Assembly (NCBI RefSeq): GCF_000485595.1 | Contig: NW_014577069.1 | Span: forward strand, 491,484 to 555,483 | Length of the DNA stretch: 64,000 bases | Source: Priapulus caudatus | Lineage: Eukaryota | Reading direction: 5' to 3' | Shown here: piece by piece, positions 51,357 to 64,000 of the stretch | Layout of the letters: the number at the start of each line of letters is the position of its first letter | How positions within the stretch are numbered: the stretch's first letter is position 1 | Translations under genes and position numbers: made by a program | The notes under the pieces: generated by a model | What the model was told of the DNA's origin: nothing | Seen by the model: only the letters and a program-made list of their open reading frames with translations | The model's database searches: none

Positions 51357-52208
51357 CGGTCGGTCGGTCGGTCGGTCGGTCGGTCGGTCGGTCGGTCGGT
51401 CGGTCGGTCGGTCGGTCGGTCGGTCGGTCGGTCGGTCGGTCGGTCGGTCGGTCGGTCGGTCGGTCGGTCGGTCGGTCGGTCGGTCGGTCGGTCGGTCGGT
51501 CGGTCGGTCGGTCGGTCGTCGGTCGGTCGGTCGGTCGGTCNNNNNNNNNNNNNNNNNNNNNNNNNNNNNNNNNNNNNNNNNNNNNNNNNNNNNNNNNNNN
51601 NNNNNNNNNNNNNNNNNNNNNNNNNNNNNNNNNNNNNNNNNNNNNNNNNNNNNNNNNNNNNNNNNNNNNNNNNNNNNNNNNNNNNNNNNNNNNNNNNNNN
51701 NNNNNNNNNNNNNNNNNNNNNNNNNNNNNNNNNNNNNNNNNNNNNNNNNNNNNNNNNNNNNNNNNNNNNNNNNNNNNNNNNNNNNNNNNNNNNNNNNNNN
51801 NNNNNNNNNNNNNNNNNNNNNNNNNNNNNNNNNNNNNNNNNNNNNNNNNNNNNNNNNNNNNNNNNNNNNNNNNNNNNNNNNNNNNNNNNNNNNNNNNNNN
51901 NNNNNNNNNNNNNNNNNNNNNNNNNNNNNNNNNNNNNNNNNNNNNNNNNNNNNNNNNNNNNNNNNNNNNNNNNNNNNNNNNNNNNNNNNNNNNNNNNNNN
52001 NNNNNNNNNNNNNNNNNNNNNNNNNNNNNNNNNNNNNNNNNNNNNNNNNNNNNNNNNNNNNNNNNNNNNNNNNNNNNNNNNNNNNNNNNNNNNNNNNNNN
52101 NNNNNNNNNNNNNNNNNNNNNNNNNNNNNNNNNNNNNNNNNNNNNNNNNNNNNNNNNNNCATTCATCCATCCATCCATCCATCCATCCATCCATCCATCC
52201 ATCCATCC
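51357..52208. repeat. (CGGT)n microsatellite, gap 51541-52160, then (ATCC)n
   Basis: Direct inspection. Confidence 0.95.
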
Positions 52209-55200
52209 GTTTTCCTGTCAACATACATCTTTCCCAATTTCTTTTAAGCTTTCTTACGATATATCGGATAAAGGTATTTAGAGCGCTCTTTTGTCCTTAT
52301 AGTAAGGGTATATCAGTAAATGTTCTTTTCCCCCAGCTTAATTGTGGTGTAAGTGCTGGTGTAGTAGCCAGACAGGCATGAGAAATACACTTGCGATCAT
52401 GGCGTCAGGTCTTTTAGATGCCTTTCTTCCGGGATGCTCTAGATTCTTTAACAATTTCACTAAGTATGAATTGCAATGGGTGCAAAAAACTCGGTTTTCG
52501 CCGACCTGCGTGCCGTGAGCAATGAATTGTAACTGTGTTATATATATATATATATAACATATATAAGTCCTAGTTTGGGTCGTAAACCGCGAACTGTTCC
52601 GCTTCATATGCCGCAAATCGGCAGCACGACAGAGCGGCTAGCACAGTTCCGCCGCCCGCGTATAGTCAATTCAACGCATTGACAGAATTGTAATAGTCAT
52701 GCACGTATCTGTCAGGCAACAGGTGCGTGTGCGGTAATGTGTGCGCGAAAAGCGAGAGCACAAACACTTGAAAACACATTCACGCGGCATTTCAACACGG
52801 TGGCTGATTCGAGCTGTTAAGTACTCTGCTAAGTATGTCATTGCCAAGTTCTGTATTTGCAAGTATAATGTTATATACTGATAGTAATGATGCCGATAAC
52901 AGTTATTCTGCGTAATTATGCATATCAGCATGAAGAGCTATTTACCTAAAATTTATTCAATCCCAGGTAGTAAACCTCGGATGATTAAGCATGCGGCTGC
53001 GCAGTAGACAGAGAAGTCTAACCTAAGTTGTAGATAATTTCATTGAATAAATGAATCTATCAGTAACCTTTGTAATAAATGCAGATACAGAAGATAACTT
53101 AAAATACAAAAATTATGTTTATAATATATATGATGATGATGATGATGATGATGATTATATATATATATAATATATATATAATAATATATATATATATATA
53201 CATAATTACAATTAATAATATTAAAATGTACACATGCTATTCAAGCGTTATATTAAAAATTTGTACAACAAACGCAATATTTTGATACATATATAAATGA
53301 ATATCTTGCATTCAAATATCGCAAATGCTATGCAGTATTACATCTAGCATTTCGTAAATAAAAAATATTATAACTCAGTGTTCACCCATTAATTTTTTCG
53401 TTTCGTCACTCGTTCACCAGACACTAAATCAATACAATAATCGCTATCTCAATCCCAATACTTCCATATCAGTAATGTGGATACTCTCAACCTTTTGCAC
53501 GGGTATTGCTCGAATGAAGATTAAACGTTTATTGACGAATTAATCTAATCAATCACTTGTTTTATTTATAGAGGAGATATATCTCTATGCTCAAGGCAAA
53601 AATTCATGAAATTTCCAGCACCTAATTATGTTACCACAAATATTTTGAATTTTTATGTAAAAATGGTATTTTGGATATTTCTCAATTACCAGAAAGAGTG
53701 AGGATACAAAATTTTCGCCACATGTTAAGCACAATATGTACCAAAATAGTGCATCAGGATTTTTCTTTAAGTTTTATATTTACCGAGAAAAATAAAAAAA
53801 AACTGCCTAAATACCGAATAAAGAGACATAACTAATAAAATACGGCACTTAATAACAATCCCTGACGCACCTTTTTACAGCAATATGTTACCATTAAAAC
53901 GAGTGTAAAATTAAATTATTCCGAGTTGTAATCACAGAGAAATATCCATTTATACATCGATTACTAAGTCAGAAATTGGAACGGAGAAATCAGCGTTTTT
54001 CTGACGTCAGCCGCGGCTCACTACACATGTACGCGGGCAAGCAAAACGCTCTGACAGTTTACATGTACCGTTATATGGAGAAATAAGCATGTACACAGGT
54101 GGCACATAGTGTTAACCATCGAATAAAGTTGAAAATGAAAAATCGGTAAAAATGTTCCTAAAACCTTGAGAGTATCTTTTAGTGTTGTGTACCTTAATCA
54201 GGAATTTGCGAGTACAATAATAACGGTGGCGCACTAATTAAAAAAATTAAGGTTACGATAGAATATAACTGACTCGAGAAATACGCCCATTCACTAAACC
54301 GCCAAACAATAATAATAAGCGCATGCGCACTAGTCCGTAAAATAATAATTCATGGCCCTTGTATATGGGTCAGTTAAACCCGTGGGAATGATTATCACGT
54401 TAATTTGCTAAAATGATTGGACTACTGGCTCATAAGCTATACATAGATGCCTTTATACTTCGTCGTTAGATGAAGAAGTTAAAATACTTATCATATACGT
54501 ACAGTAGTGAATGTACCTATACATATTTATACTTATACGCATACTTGTACTTATATATATGCATATACTTATGCATATGCATATATTTATGCTTATACTT
54601 ATACTTAAGCTTATGCATATGCTTATACTCATACTTATACTAATGCTCATACATAAACTTACTACGTATTCCTAATACTTGTGCTAAACATCTGAAGAAC
54701 CCTCGGTACGCGCATATCTCTTATTACCATTGATATTCAGTTAGCATCGAATGTTAACTATAACTATAAACACGACCATTTATCTAACGCTTATAGAAGA
54801 CATCAGACTCACATAGCACTGCACAGACATATATAGATATAGCAATAGTTTCACTATCATGGGTGTTCCGAGTGAAAGAATGCGCGGCTGGAATGTTAAG
54901 CAGAAAACACTGCATGCGGACATGTCAAAACGGTAATTGCTGCTGTAAATCAATCGTGCGGCGTCAATTTCTTATCATCGATAAAATAAAAAAGAACCGC
55001 AATTCACATGAATGTATAACTGCAGGCCGGGAAACAGCGCACGTAGGAAAAACATTATAACAGACGGCTGAATAGTAGAACAGCATGACGTCTGAGATGA
55101 TAAGTATGAAATCGTGATTTATAATAGGTACGTGCCAATATCGGTCGGCCAAAATCTAGTCTGCCCTGTCGTCCCAGCCAACGCGGCCGCACGCCCACAC

Positions 55201-55637
55201 GCGCCTATCTACTCACGTACACATGGCCGCGCACGCTCTCACGAACGCACACTATACGTATCTGGTGTGAATGGATCAATGCGTCGATAGCCTTACTACA
55301 ATTACGTGCGCACTATGATGCTATTGTGCCTCAAAATCCGATAGTTTTCATAGTTGAGTTCAATTACCTCGCGCCAGGATAATACAACCTAGATGATACT
55401 AGTATGCGCATTTATTTTTTCTGAAAGTACAGTTAACCACGCTCCTGCGTGGAACAATCTCGCAATCGCTTTCCATTTCACACGAGACTGAATATATAAG
55501 TTATAACGCAAAGCTAAGAGAATGCAACGGGAATCCTCAAAAACTATAGAGGACTTCTATCTATATTCTAATTATAGAAGAAATATAGAGGATACTTCTA
55601 TCTATATTCTAACTATAGAGGAATATAAAGGATACTT

Positions 55638-56114
55638 CCCGGGGGGGCACTCACCCCACATTATGGTAGGTATGTGCCACTGCGAAGTCAAAAATGGGGG
55701 GCTCTGGAACTAACTCAGACCAGAAAATGGGGGTCTCTGGAACTAATGTTTGTTGAAATGCAATGCTATGGAACGGACGGAGTTCATCATCGGATGTAAA
55801 TAAACAAGAACAGCAGCAGCAGCTGACCACCCATCCATCCATCCATATGCGCATGCGTTGCATGCAAGCCTTCACGGCCCGGCTTCAACGTATTCTAAAG
55901 TACGATAAACTGGAACGGAAATGATGAAAACAAGAGTCTCCGGAACAGTAAAAATGTAAGATCTGCATGGTAACTAAACTAGTGATGCTCTGGAACGAGA
56001 TATTCTTAAAAATGCGACGCACTGCATGGAACGGAAGCTTAGGGTTGAAAATGGAGGTATCTCCCGCAGCACATACCTGCCATGCAATATATATGGAGTG
56101 CCCCTCCCCGGGGG
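55638..56114. mobile_element. ~477-bp MITE inserted into a ~30-bp minisatellite
   Basis: TIRs CCCGGGGGGGCACTC / GAGTGCCCCTCCCCGGG; duplicated GGATACTT (55630-55637, 56115-56122). The gatacttctatctatattctaactatagag repeat continues on both sides. Confidence 0.75.
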
Positions 56115-57398
56115 GGATACTTCTATCTATATTCTAACTATAGAGAACGCTTCTATCTATATTCCAACTATAGAGAAACTATAGAGGAGATCCTTATGAA
56201 TTAACATGCGTTTGGCTGCTCGGGTGAGGCAGAGAGGAGCTAGTCGTGGATACGGGGACGGCGTACATTGTAAGATCTTTGTTACGTGACCGATGCCATA
56301 AAACTGATTGATCACAGATACGCCGACGACCCGCAGCGAACACGAATAGCGGCAGCACAAACACTCGGTTGTGTTAGTGTCGGTCGGTCGAACTGTGTCT
56401 CGGTGTCATAACCAATGGTTATACCATAGTTTATGTGCACGTGTCTGTGACGGTATGAATCTGTATAGGATTATAATGAGAATTTATCTACTTCCTCAAC
56501 GTCACGTTGGAATATTTTAGCGGATCTCAAACAGACGCGGACATCAGTGTCGGTCAGTAATAGGCATCAGGTCACCGGGACAAATTTAATATCTAACATT
56601 TAAATTCATTTTATGAGCATTGTTATTTCTTGTGCGTGTGTGGCGCGGGGGGCTAATATATTACTCAGTATGAAGACGTGACTCAGTGTGTGCGCTTTAT
56701 ACTAGAAAACGGCTTGTTGAATGTGTCTGATGAATGTGTATTGATGAATGTGTCTGTGGCGAGATTGCCTCATATACGTATTAGTTCGTCTACTAACCGT
56801 GTTACGCGCGCTCAAGTTTTATATTATTATATAATACCAATTAAATTGTTATAAACCTGCCATATGGAAGCATATATTTTCCATTCACCTATAAATTACC
56901 ACGAGCACAGACGGTCACAAACGGAAGAACGGACTGACAGACTGTTCAACAGAATTAAATCGGTTAACTCATTAAAATTAAAGTTAAAATTAAATTAATG
57001 AGCACACAATTGATGTAAAGGTATAGAAGCGAATGCATTGCCTACGTGCTTGCAGCATCAACGATTTCACGCACAAGACGAATGTCTGATTAATGAATTA
57101 CATGTAAGGTCAGACTTGTATGTTAATGAGAATTGTAATTGAAAATACACGTGCTATGCTATTCCCATTAGTATTCATGCATGTCTTTCACGAACGCACT
57201 CGCTATTTCAAATTTAATATACACTATATCGTGTTCCGTGATGACATCAACAGCTGCGTTTAATAAGCTTGTCTTTAAATCACACAAACGACGGTCTTAC
57301 GTAGAGTACAAGCAATGTACACGCTCTAAACTGATAACATTCATGTCTACAATGGCGGAAAACCATGTAATCAAGTAATCGTCAACTATGTTATAACG

Positions 57399-57715
57399 CA
57401 GGCCCGTAGCCAGCTTTATATTGGGGGGGGGGGGTTCGTTTTTCAATGTTGGCAGTATGTAAGGGCGCGAAGCGACCGAGCGAGAAAGCATAGCGACCAA
57501 GCGGGGGGAGGGTGTGGTAGGGGTGTGTCCCCCATCCCGCACGATAGAGATTTTGCAATTATTACACTGAAATGGAGCATTCTAGTGCATACCTGAGGTG
57601 AAATTCTTGCAAATTTTCAAATGGAAAAAAAAAGTTATTTATTTTTTACTCGGGGGGGGGGGGCTCGGGGGTGGGTTCGTGCGAACCACCCGAACCTCCC
57701 CTGGCTACGGGCCTG
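57399..57715. mobile_element. 317-bp hAT-like MITE with a 5-bp TSD
   Basis: Perfect 15-bp TIRs CAGGCCCGTAGCCAG; TAACG at 57394-57398 and 57716-57720. Confidence 0.8.
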
Positions 57716-57800
57716 TAACGTACGTGTTAAAATTGTTTATGTGCTCTTAGTGTAAAGCACGATAAGTGATCTATTTTAAGTAGGTGTATATGCATGAAAT

Positions 57801-57838
57801 CAAGAGCATATTAAGTATGCATACTTAATACGCTCTTG
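57801..57838. mobile_element. 38-bp TIR-TIR remnant of the P-like family at 20972-21336
   Basis: CAAGAGCATATTAAGTATG + CATACTTAATACGCTCTTG, flanked by the 7-bp TSD ATGAAAT (57794-57800, 57839-57845). Confidence 0.8.
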
Positions 57839-60308
57839 ATGAAATATTTCAGTGTCTCACGCACACAGTGTACATATTTTAGCACCAATTGCAGCGATTC
57901 CTGTGATTCGCAATGATTATCGACATCTTATGATATTAACACTTATAAACTGTCATATATAGTTATATCAAATAAATGAGTAGCACCTATGCACGAAGTG
58001 CATGCAGTCTGCGACATTTGATCAAATATAATCACACAAGACATGTCATTCAGTAGTTACGATGACCATGTTAGTTTAAGATTTCGTAATGTAATTAATT
58101 ATTAGGCTGTAGTCTATAGGAGCGTGTACTTCCACGCGCGTGTTACAGAATATGCGAATACTGGTGTCGACATTTGAAAACTAAATAAACACGGGTAAAC
58201 TATATGAATTTCGGGCACCTTCGGCCTCTTTACTGCTGTTGACCCGAACCGGGTTAGGCCATTCCATGTTTTAGTCATAGTTCGGGCTAATTAATCATTA
58301 TACGAGTAATTTCTTACGATTATTTTTATTAATTTAGAACATATCTAAGGTAACCCGAACGGTCATTTGCAATGGCCAATGGACCTTTCTGAAAAAAGAA
58401 ATGCGAGCGCCGAAATTCAAAACGCATTTTACAAACGTTAGCTCCGTACAATCACACATGCTGTGAAATACACCGACTGAATGACCGCCTGATCACCGAT
58501 TGCCGTAAAACTAATCCTGTTTTCTCAGTATAAGTTAATCAATTTTGTATTTAAACCCGAGGAGCATGTCTTGCACCAAATACTTGGCGTTGCACCTATT
58601 GAGAGAATTATAGCGATCTATACCCGACAAATTCTCCTAGACTGCATTTTAAACACGTGGGTTCAGACAAGTTGCTGCTAATTATACACGGCCCGCTAGT
58701 TTTCTGAGAATCGCTCACGTTTACGTTCTACGCGAAAAACGTTCAATAGCCGAAGAGCATGCTATTTCCGAAGAACCTGCCAATTATATTATTACCATGT
58801 AACGGCTAGGGTGGGGTTCCCGCGGAAGGTATGCAGGTATGGCAACGTAATCAAATAAATACGCCATGTAACCGGCTGGGAGAAAAGCAGTGCTTAGTAT
58901 AGAAATATAGAAAGTTGGCTAGTATTTTGGTTGTCTTTCGTTCTTCACTGTACACGTAGTTGCAAACGGAAAAGACTTGTTATCTGGCGTTTGTTTGATC
59001 TGTTGTTTTCTATAAATTAAAAACTCAATTACCACTAGTAGAGAATTCCACACCAACTATTCAGCCAGAACAGCGCCAGATAGTGTACCCCTGTAAACTA
59101 ATTAAGATTATTAAATTATTATTGTATCAATTATCGTTCTTTAGTTCTTTATTCACACTCCATGGATGAAATAATCATCATATTTGATTTCAAGTTTGTT
59201 TTAATACGCGAAGTTGCGTAATTCTTACTCAACAATAGTTTTGACCCCTTTACTCGATCTTCTAATCTTAATCTCTTCGCTTATTTGATAGGTTGGAGCA
59301 ATACATGCCGATACACGTACAATGTAGAACAGGACCAAGCACGTCGAGCTGAGATTCCTTCACTATAATAAGCACTCATGTACTTTAATACAACAAACTT
59401 CATACTAAAAATAAAACGTTGATTAACATCATTTAATTAGTTTGTTTGATTAAAATACTTCATCGTTGTTAGCCGCCAAACGCGGCTTAAAATCCATTTC
59501 ATCTGTGACAGAAAAATACGTCGTTGTTTTGCGTTTACAAGACGATAGACAGGTTCGAACACCACAAGGACACTTCGTTTTACTATGAAGTCTGAGAGAC
59601 AGAACGACGTAAGCACACGACACGCCAGCACCGGTCGATCAAGGCAGCACGTGCACTGAGCAAAGTGCACGCTAATGATCATGACATTCACACATCATCA
59701 TCACATTGATCATTGACAAACATTCACCGTCAAACTGACTTCTCAAAGGTTGAATAACAAAAAAGTATAGACACAAGTCAAGTGACGCAATAGTATAGAA
59801 TCTGCACCGTCGTTGGTGCCAATTGAAAATATAGAGTAGCAAGCTGAAGAGCCCGATTGATCTGCAACACTGACGGTGACTCTAAAAATCGACTATAATT
59901 TTCTTTTGCATATATGCACTCATGACAGTTTTACTTACAGTTTTTACACGGTCCCAAAGTTGTTATACATATTCTTCTCTCCTTTAAGACGCTTATGTTT
60001 TACAAATTCGGACCTCTATCAAAATAAGCTAGAAAACACCTCATTTGGAACACAAAGCAAATTGTTATTATCAATACCTAACACAATATGGATGATTTCA
60101 TACCAAATACGTCAAAAGGAAGAATACTGAGCATGCCATTTGATTCTTAGATATGTATCCACCGGCCATTCAGTAATGTTGGTGGCACTCATCGATGGCA
60201 AAACTCTCCACAGGGAACGATTTGCTGATATAGATATATAGGCTAATATAGGCTGATATAGAGGGTAATCTCCGGTGTAAGAAACCAGTGTTGTAAATGT
60301 AACATCGG

Positions 60309-62854
60309 TCAGGTAAATTCCAATTCACGCTCTATTCCAACGTATCTCAACGCATCTGTAGGCCCATACCTGTAAAAATGCAAAATAACACTATGAACTA
60401 ATAGATAATTTACAGAAATATTACTAAAGTGAACGATAAGACAAGTTTGCGAACTCTATAATTATAAAAACACAGAATATAATGTTCTTTTGTAAATTTT
60501 TGTGTGTGACCAAAGGTAGGACGTGAAGGCCATAAAATAAACTAATATGAAACCCAGAAATTACCAATATAATGATACAATTAATCAACACTTGTCAACA
60601 GAATAGACATAATTTCCCGCTCTACCAAGTTACGAGTTCCTACGAGTGTACAGCTGCTCTATTCTCTTCCAATACCTATTATTGAATTTTTCTGTTGTCA
60701 GTCTCATTTACTAACTGACACATTTTTGCGATGTTGGCAGAGTGGCCGGCGGGCTGACGTTGGCTACTTGATAAAAAATGTGGCTGTAGGCCCCTACTGT
60801 TGAATATTTTGATGCAACAACACGGTGACACTCTCCGATAACTAATTGCATTTGCTTTGTAAAAACCAACAAAATTGTCAGGGGCAGATTGAGAAATTTC
60901 TGAAGAGAGATCGATCGATCGAGAGAGGGAGAGATAGAGAGAGAGCGAGAGAAAGATCGAGAGAGAAAGATCGAGAGAGAAAGAGAACCTATGTTTAGTA
61001 TTTGGAGCAGAGAAAGTGAAAGGTAACTGGTTGGACAGTGTTGGAGACAGTAAAGAACTCCGAGGGAACATGTGAAAGTTTTCTAGACTACGCGAACAAA
61101 AAACATGGCGTGTGAATTGTTGCTATATCGTAGTCACGCTCAGCTGTACGTGCCAATACAATATGCCCTTGAGTCTCTCAGCAAAAAAAAAGCAAAACGT
61201 TACTTTGGCATGTTTGGCATAAAAAAACAATGTAACATTGATCATGAGCCTTTGAATAACAGAAACGAAAACTCACCGAATTCAGTGCTCAATTTAAAAT
61301 TATTTCAGAGGCGGAGACAATATGATGCTGCAAGAATTGGTTACTGTGTCTACACAATTAATTGCCCATGTTTAGTATTTGGAGCAGAGAAAGTGAGAGG
61401 TAACCTGCGTCGAAGATAGTGAAGAACTCGTAGACACAATGTGAAAGTTTTTTAGACTAAGCGAACAAAAAACACGGCTCTATGAATTGTTGCTAAATCG
61501 TACGTAGTCACGCTCAGCTGTACGTGCCAATACGCCCGGAGTCTCTCAGCAAAAAAGCAAAACGTTACTTCGCATAAAAAAAACAATGCAACATTGAGCC
61601 TTTGAATAACAGAAGTGAAAACTCACGGTATTCAGTGCTCAAATTTAAAATGATTTCAGAGGAGAAGACAATGGGACGCTGCAAGATACGTATACTGTGC
61701 CTACACCAAAATTTAATAAATGGCATCTTTATTTTGGAAATTTCCCGGAAGCATGTCTCATCTTTTTGCATGCTTGCAGGTCTACTCTTCAGTTATGCCA
61801 TTGACCAAGAAATTGCATGATGGTAGCAACTGATAACACTAAATTATACCTTATTATTGTTTAATAGAAATATTTCTTCTGTAAAGGTCCAAAAAAACTT
61901 TGAAATTAGGACGTTACCTAGTTCTACAATTCTTCTTGCCTGCGAGAATGTTTTTATTCATCTCATTACGCTGTTAATAGTCATACAAGAGTAACAAACA
62001 AAGTTTCATGCTGTCGTGAACCTCATTCCAAGTCTAGGTGTTGTGGGTCAGCATTGTGCATTATATTATCACAGATGTAACGATATGCTGCCAATCAACA
62101 CCAGCTCAAAAATGTACCAATACACCTTTTAATGGCAACTTGCACAGATATTCGGTTTTAAAATGGACGCATCTTCTTGAATTTGAAGCCGTATCCAATT
62201 TTTGGGTATTATTCACATAGCATAACTGTTTATATTTTGAATGAGAAATGCACATTCCAATCACCATTTGCACTGTAGTACACATCGGTTAGCTTGCAAT
62301 GGCAAGTGCAACCCGACTAATATAATGAAGCAACTTTCTACGGCTGTATTCACTACAATCAACTGTCCCAGCACTGACCATCCTCATGACTGTCTATTTA
62401 TTTGGGTTTTCCGTGAACTTGAGTTCATAGGGGGGCCTTATTCCAGGCATACCTGAAATGTCTCAGATGATGTTAGCTCTAAAAAATCGTCCACTTTAAC
62501 GTAAGATTTGGTTTTGAGGATGTTTGAAATTTTGAGGTGTTGATCGTAGTCGATAATACTCGTGGCGTGTAGGCGTGTATGCATATATACACAAGTACTA
62601 GTGCGCAGTTAGTGATTACTTACCTATCACCGACCTATTGTTTTACTACACATCTTGCTTCAACACCACTATGCTAACTTATACTTGCCTATAGTCGAAG
62701 AACAGCTCCTCTCCGCGATGGATGGCTCGCTTGGCGAATATACCGATGCGATGGTCACCGTTCACCATCATCACCTTCGCCTGACAGTTGGGGTTGATGG
62801 AATGGTTGGCAAAGCGAATCTTATTTCCCTTCCGTGTCGCATCGACCACGAAAT
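60309..62854 (-). CDS. EZH2: Histone-lysine N-methyltransferase E(z)/EZH2, last two coding exons (SET domain C-terminus)
   Basis: Exon 62854-62689 encodes [56 protein letters not shown]. Exon 60369-60309 encodes [19 protein letters not shown], matching the E(z)/EZH2 C-terminus. The upstream exons lie beyond the window. Confidence 0.97.
60990..61710. repeat. Tandem duplication of a ~375-bp unit in the last E(z) intron
   Basis: atgtttagtatttggagcagagaaagtga... recurs at about 60991 and 61368 with continuing similarity. Confidence 0.85.
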
Positions 62855-62874
62855 CTGCAGAACAAACAAATTGC

Positions 62875-63540
62875 ATCAACAATGACTCTGGCCGACCGCA
62901 AGCACTAAGCTGGTGCATGCGAAAAACACAAGCACGCAATGGAGCTACAAACTCATTCCGGAAAGAGAAATCGGGAGGCGTGCTTGCATAACTGGACTTA
63001 TTTGGATGAGGTCCGTCATTTAGGTGCTCTCAGGCATTCTCAATCTAGCATTTACAGGTGCTGTGTACGTTCCTGTACATTACATTGTACGGGAACTTTT
63101 ACATTACATTCCATTACATTACATGTAAATTCCAGCAGTATATCACACATGCAAAAACCATTGATCCGTGTATGGTCAGGCAAAGCGCTGCCATATACAA
63201 CACATGCTCTGAACTGACTGTCATACCATTAATAAATTGGCTCGACAATGACTCTGGCTGACCGCAAGCACTAAGTCTGCGCATGCAAAAAAACAAGAAC
63301 GCAATTGAGCTCCAACTGCATTCCGATTGCGAAGAGGAATTGGCTTAATCGGGAGGCATGCTTGCATAACTGGACTTATTGGGATTTAGTCTGTCATTTA
63401 TGTGCTCTCTTACAGGTGCTGTGATTACATGTAAATGCCTGCAGCACACCACACATGCAAGAACCATTGATCCGTGTATGGCCACGCAAAGCGCTGCCAT
63501 ATATAACATGCGCTCGGAACTGACCGTCATTCCACTAACA
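62875..63540. repeat. Tandem duplication of a ~365-bp unit in an E(z) intron
   Basis: acaatgactctggc.gaccgcaagcactaag recurs at about 62879 and 63246 with continuing similarity. Confidence 0.85.
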
Positions 63541-63689
63541 AAATGGGCACGCAGTTGCCAACTTTGTAAATGACCTTGGCATAATCATTTCTTAAGATTG
63601 GCGCAAACAATAACGGTACCTGCCACCGGCGTTTGCGAAACCTGCTTCAAAAATCAGATGCTATTTATTCAGTTTATTGTTGCCCCATA

Positions 63690-63997
63690 CCATGAAGTCC
63701 AGTTGCATAATGGAGTCATCTTGATACAGATTTCAGTCATTCTATGGTTCTAATAGAACGATTTTCCCAGACAAAATTACAAATAATTCAAAGAACTGAA
63801 TTTTCAATACAAAATACAAAAATTTGCCAAAAATGTGTACACATCACACATTGTCATGTGTACACATTTTTTGGAAATATTTACATTGAAAATTCAGTTC
63901 TTGGAGTTATTTGTAATTTTGTCTGGGGAAATCAGTTCATTAAAATGAATGAAATTAGTATCACGACGACTCCATCATGCAACTGGAGACTCCATGG
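63690..63997. mobile_element. ~305-bp foldback (hairpin) MITE-like element
   Basis: Long imperfect inverted repeat centred near 63848 (ccatgaagtccagttgcat... / ...atgcaactggagactccatgg). Confidence 0.7.
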
Positions 63998-64000
63998 TTG

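Noticed and set aside
56407..56435. Short CATA...TATG hairpin resembling another P footprint
   Set aside because: No target-site duplication on the flanks.

Overview
Repeat-rich eukaryotic genomic DNA from an invertebrate animal, with five N-gaps and signs of noisy gap-filling. A chitin deacetylase and a cuticlin-like gene suggest an ecdysozoan, but the species cannot be determined. Five protein-coding genes were reconstructed by hand from splice signals: (1) two internal exons of a DCAF4/WDR21-like gene (minus strand); (2) an intronless class A GPCR with a ~400-aa C-terminal tail, mostly GPSGSNM heptads (plus); (3) a two-exon ZP-domain/cuticlin-like membrane protein (plus), preceded by relics of a dead paralogue; (4) a complete 11-exon CBM14-LDLa-CE4 chitin deacetylase-like gene with degenerate catalytic motifs (minus), carrying an intronic tRNA-Arg(CCU) cluster; (5) the last two exons of E(z)/EZH2, joined by a GC-AG intron (minus). 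The rest is a decayed CR1-type LINE, many MITEs and micro/minisatellites. The most notable signals are four P-superfamily-like inserts with 7-bp target-site duplications (one a 38-bp TIR-TIR relic resembling an excision footprint), the GPCR heptad tail, the probable pseudo-enzyme deacetylase, and an Arg-body tRNA copy with a Lys anticodon. I cannot demonstrate a wholly new biological system from the sequence alone.
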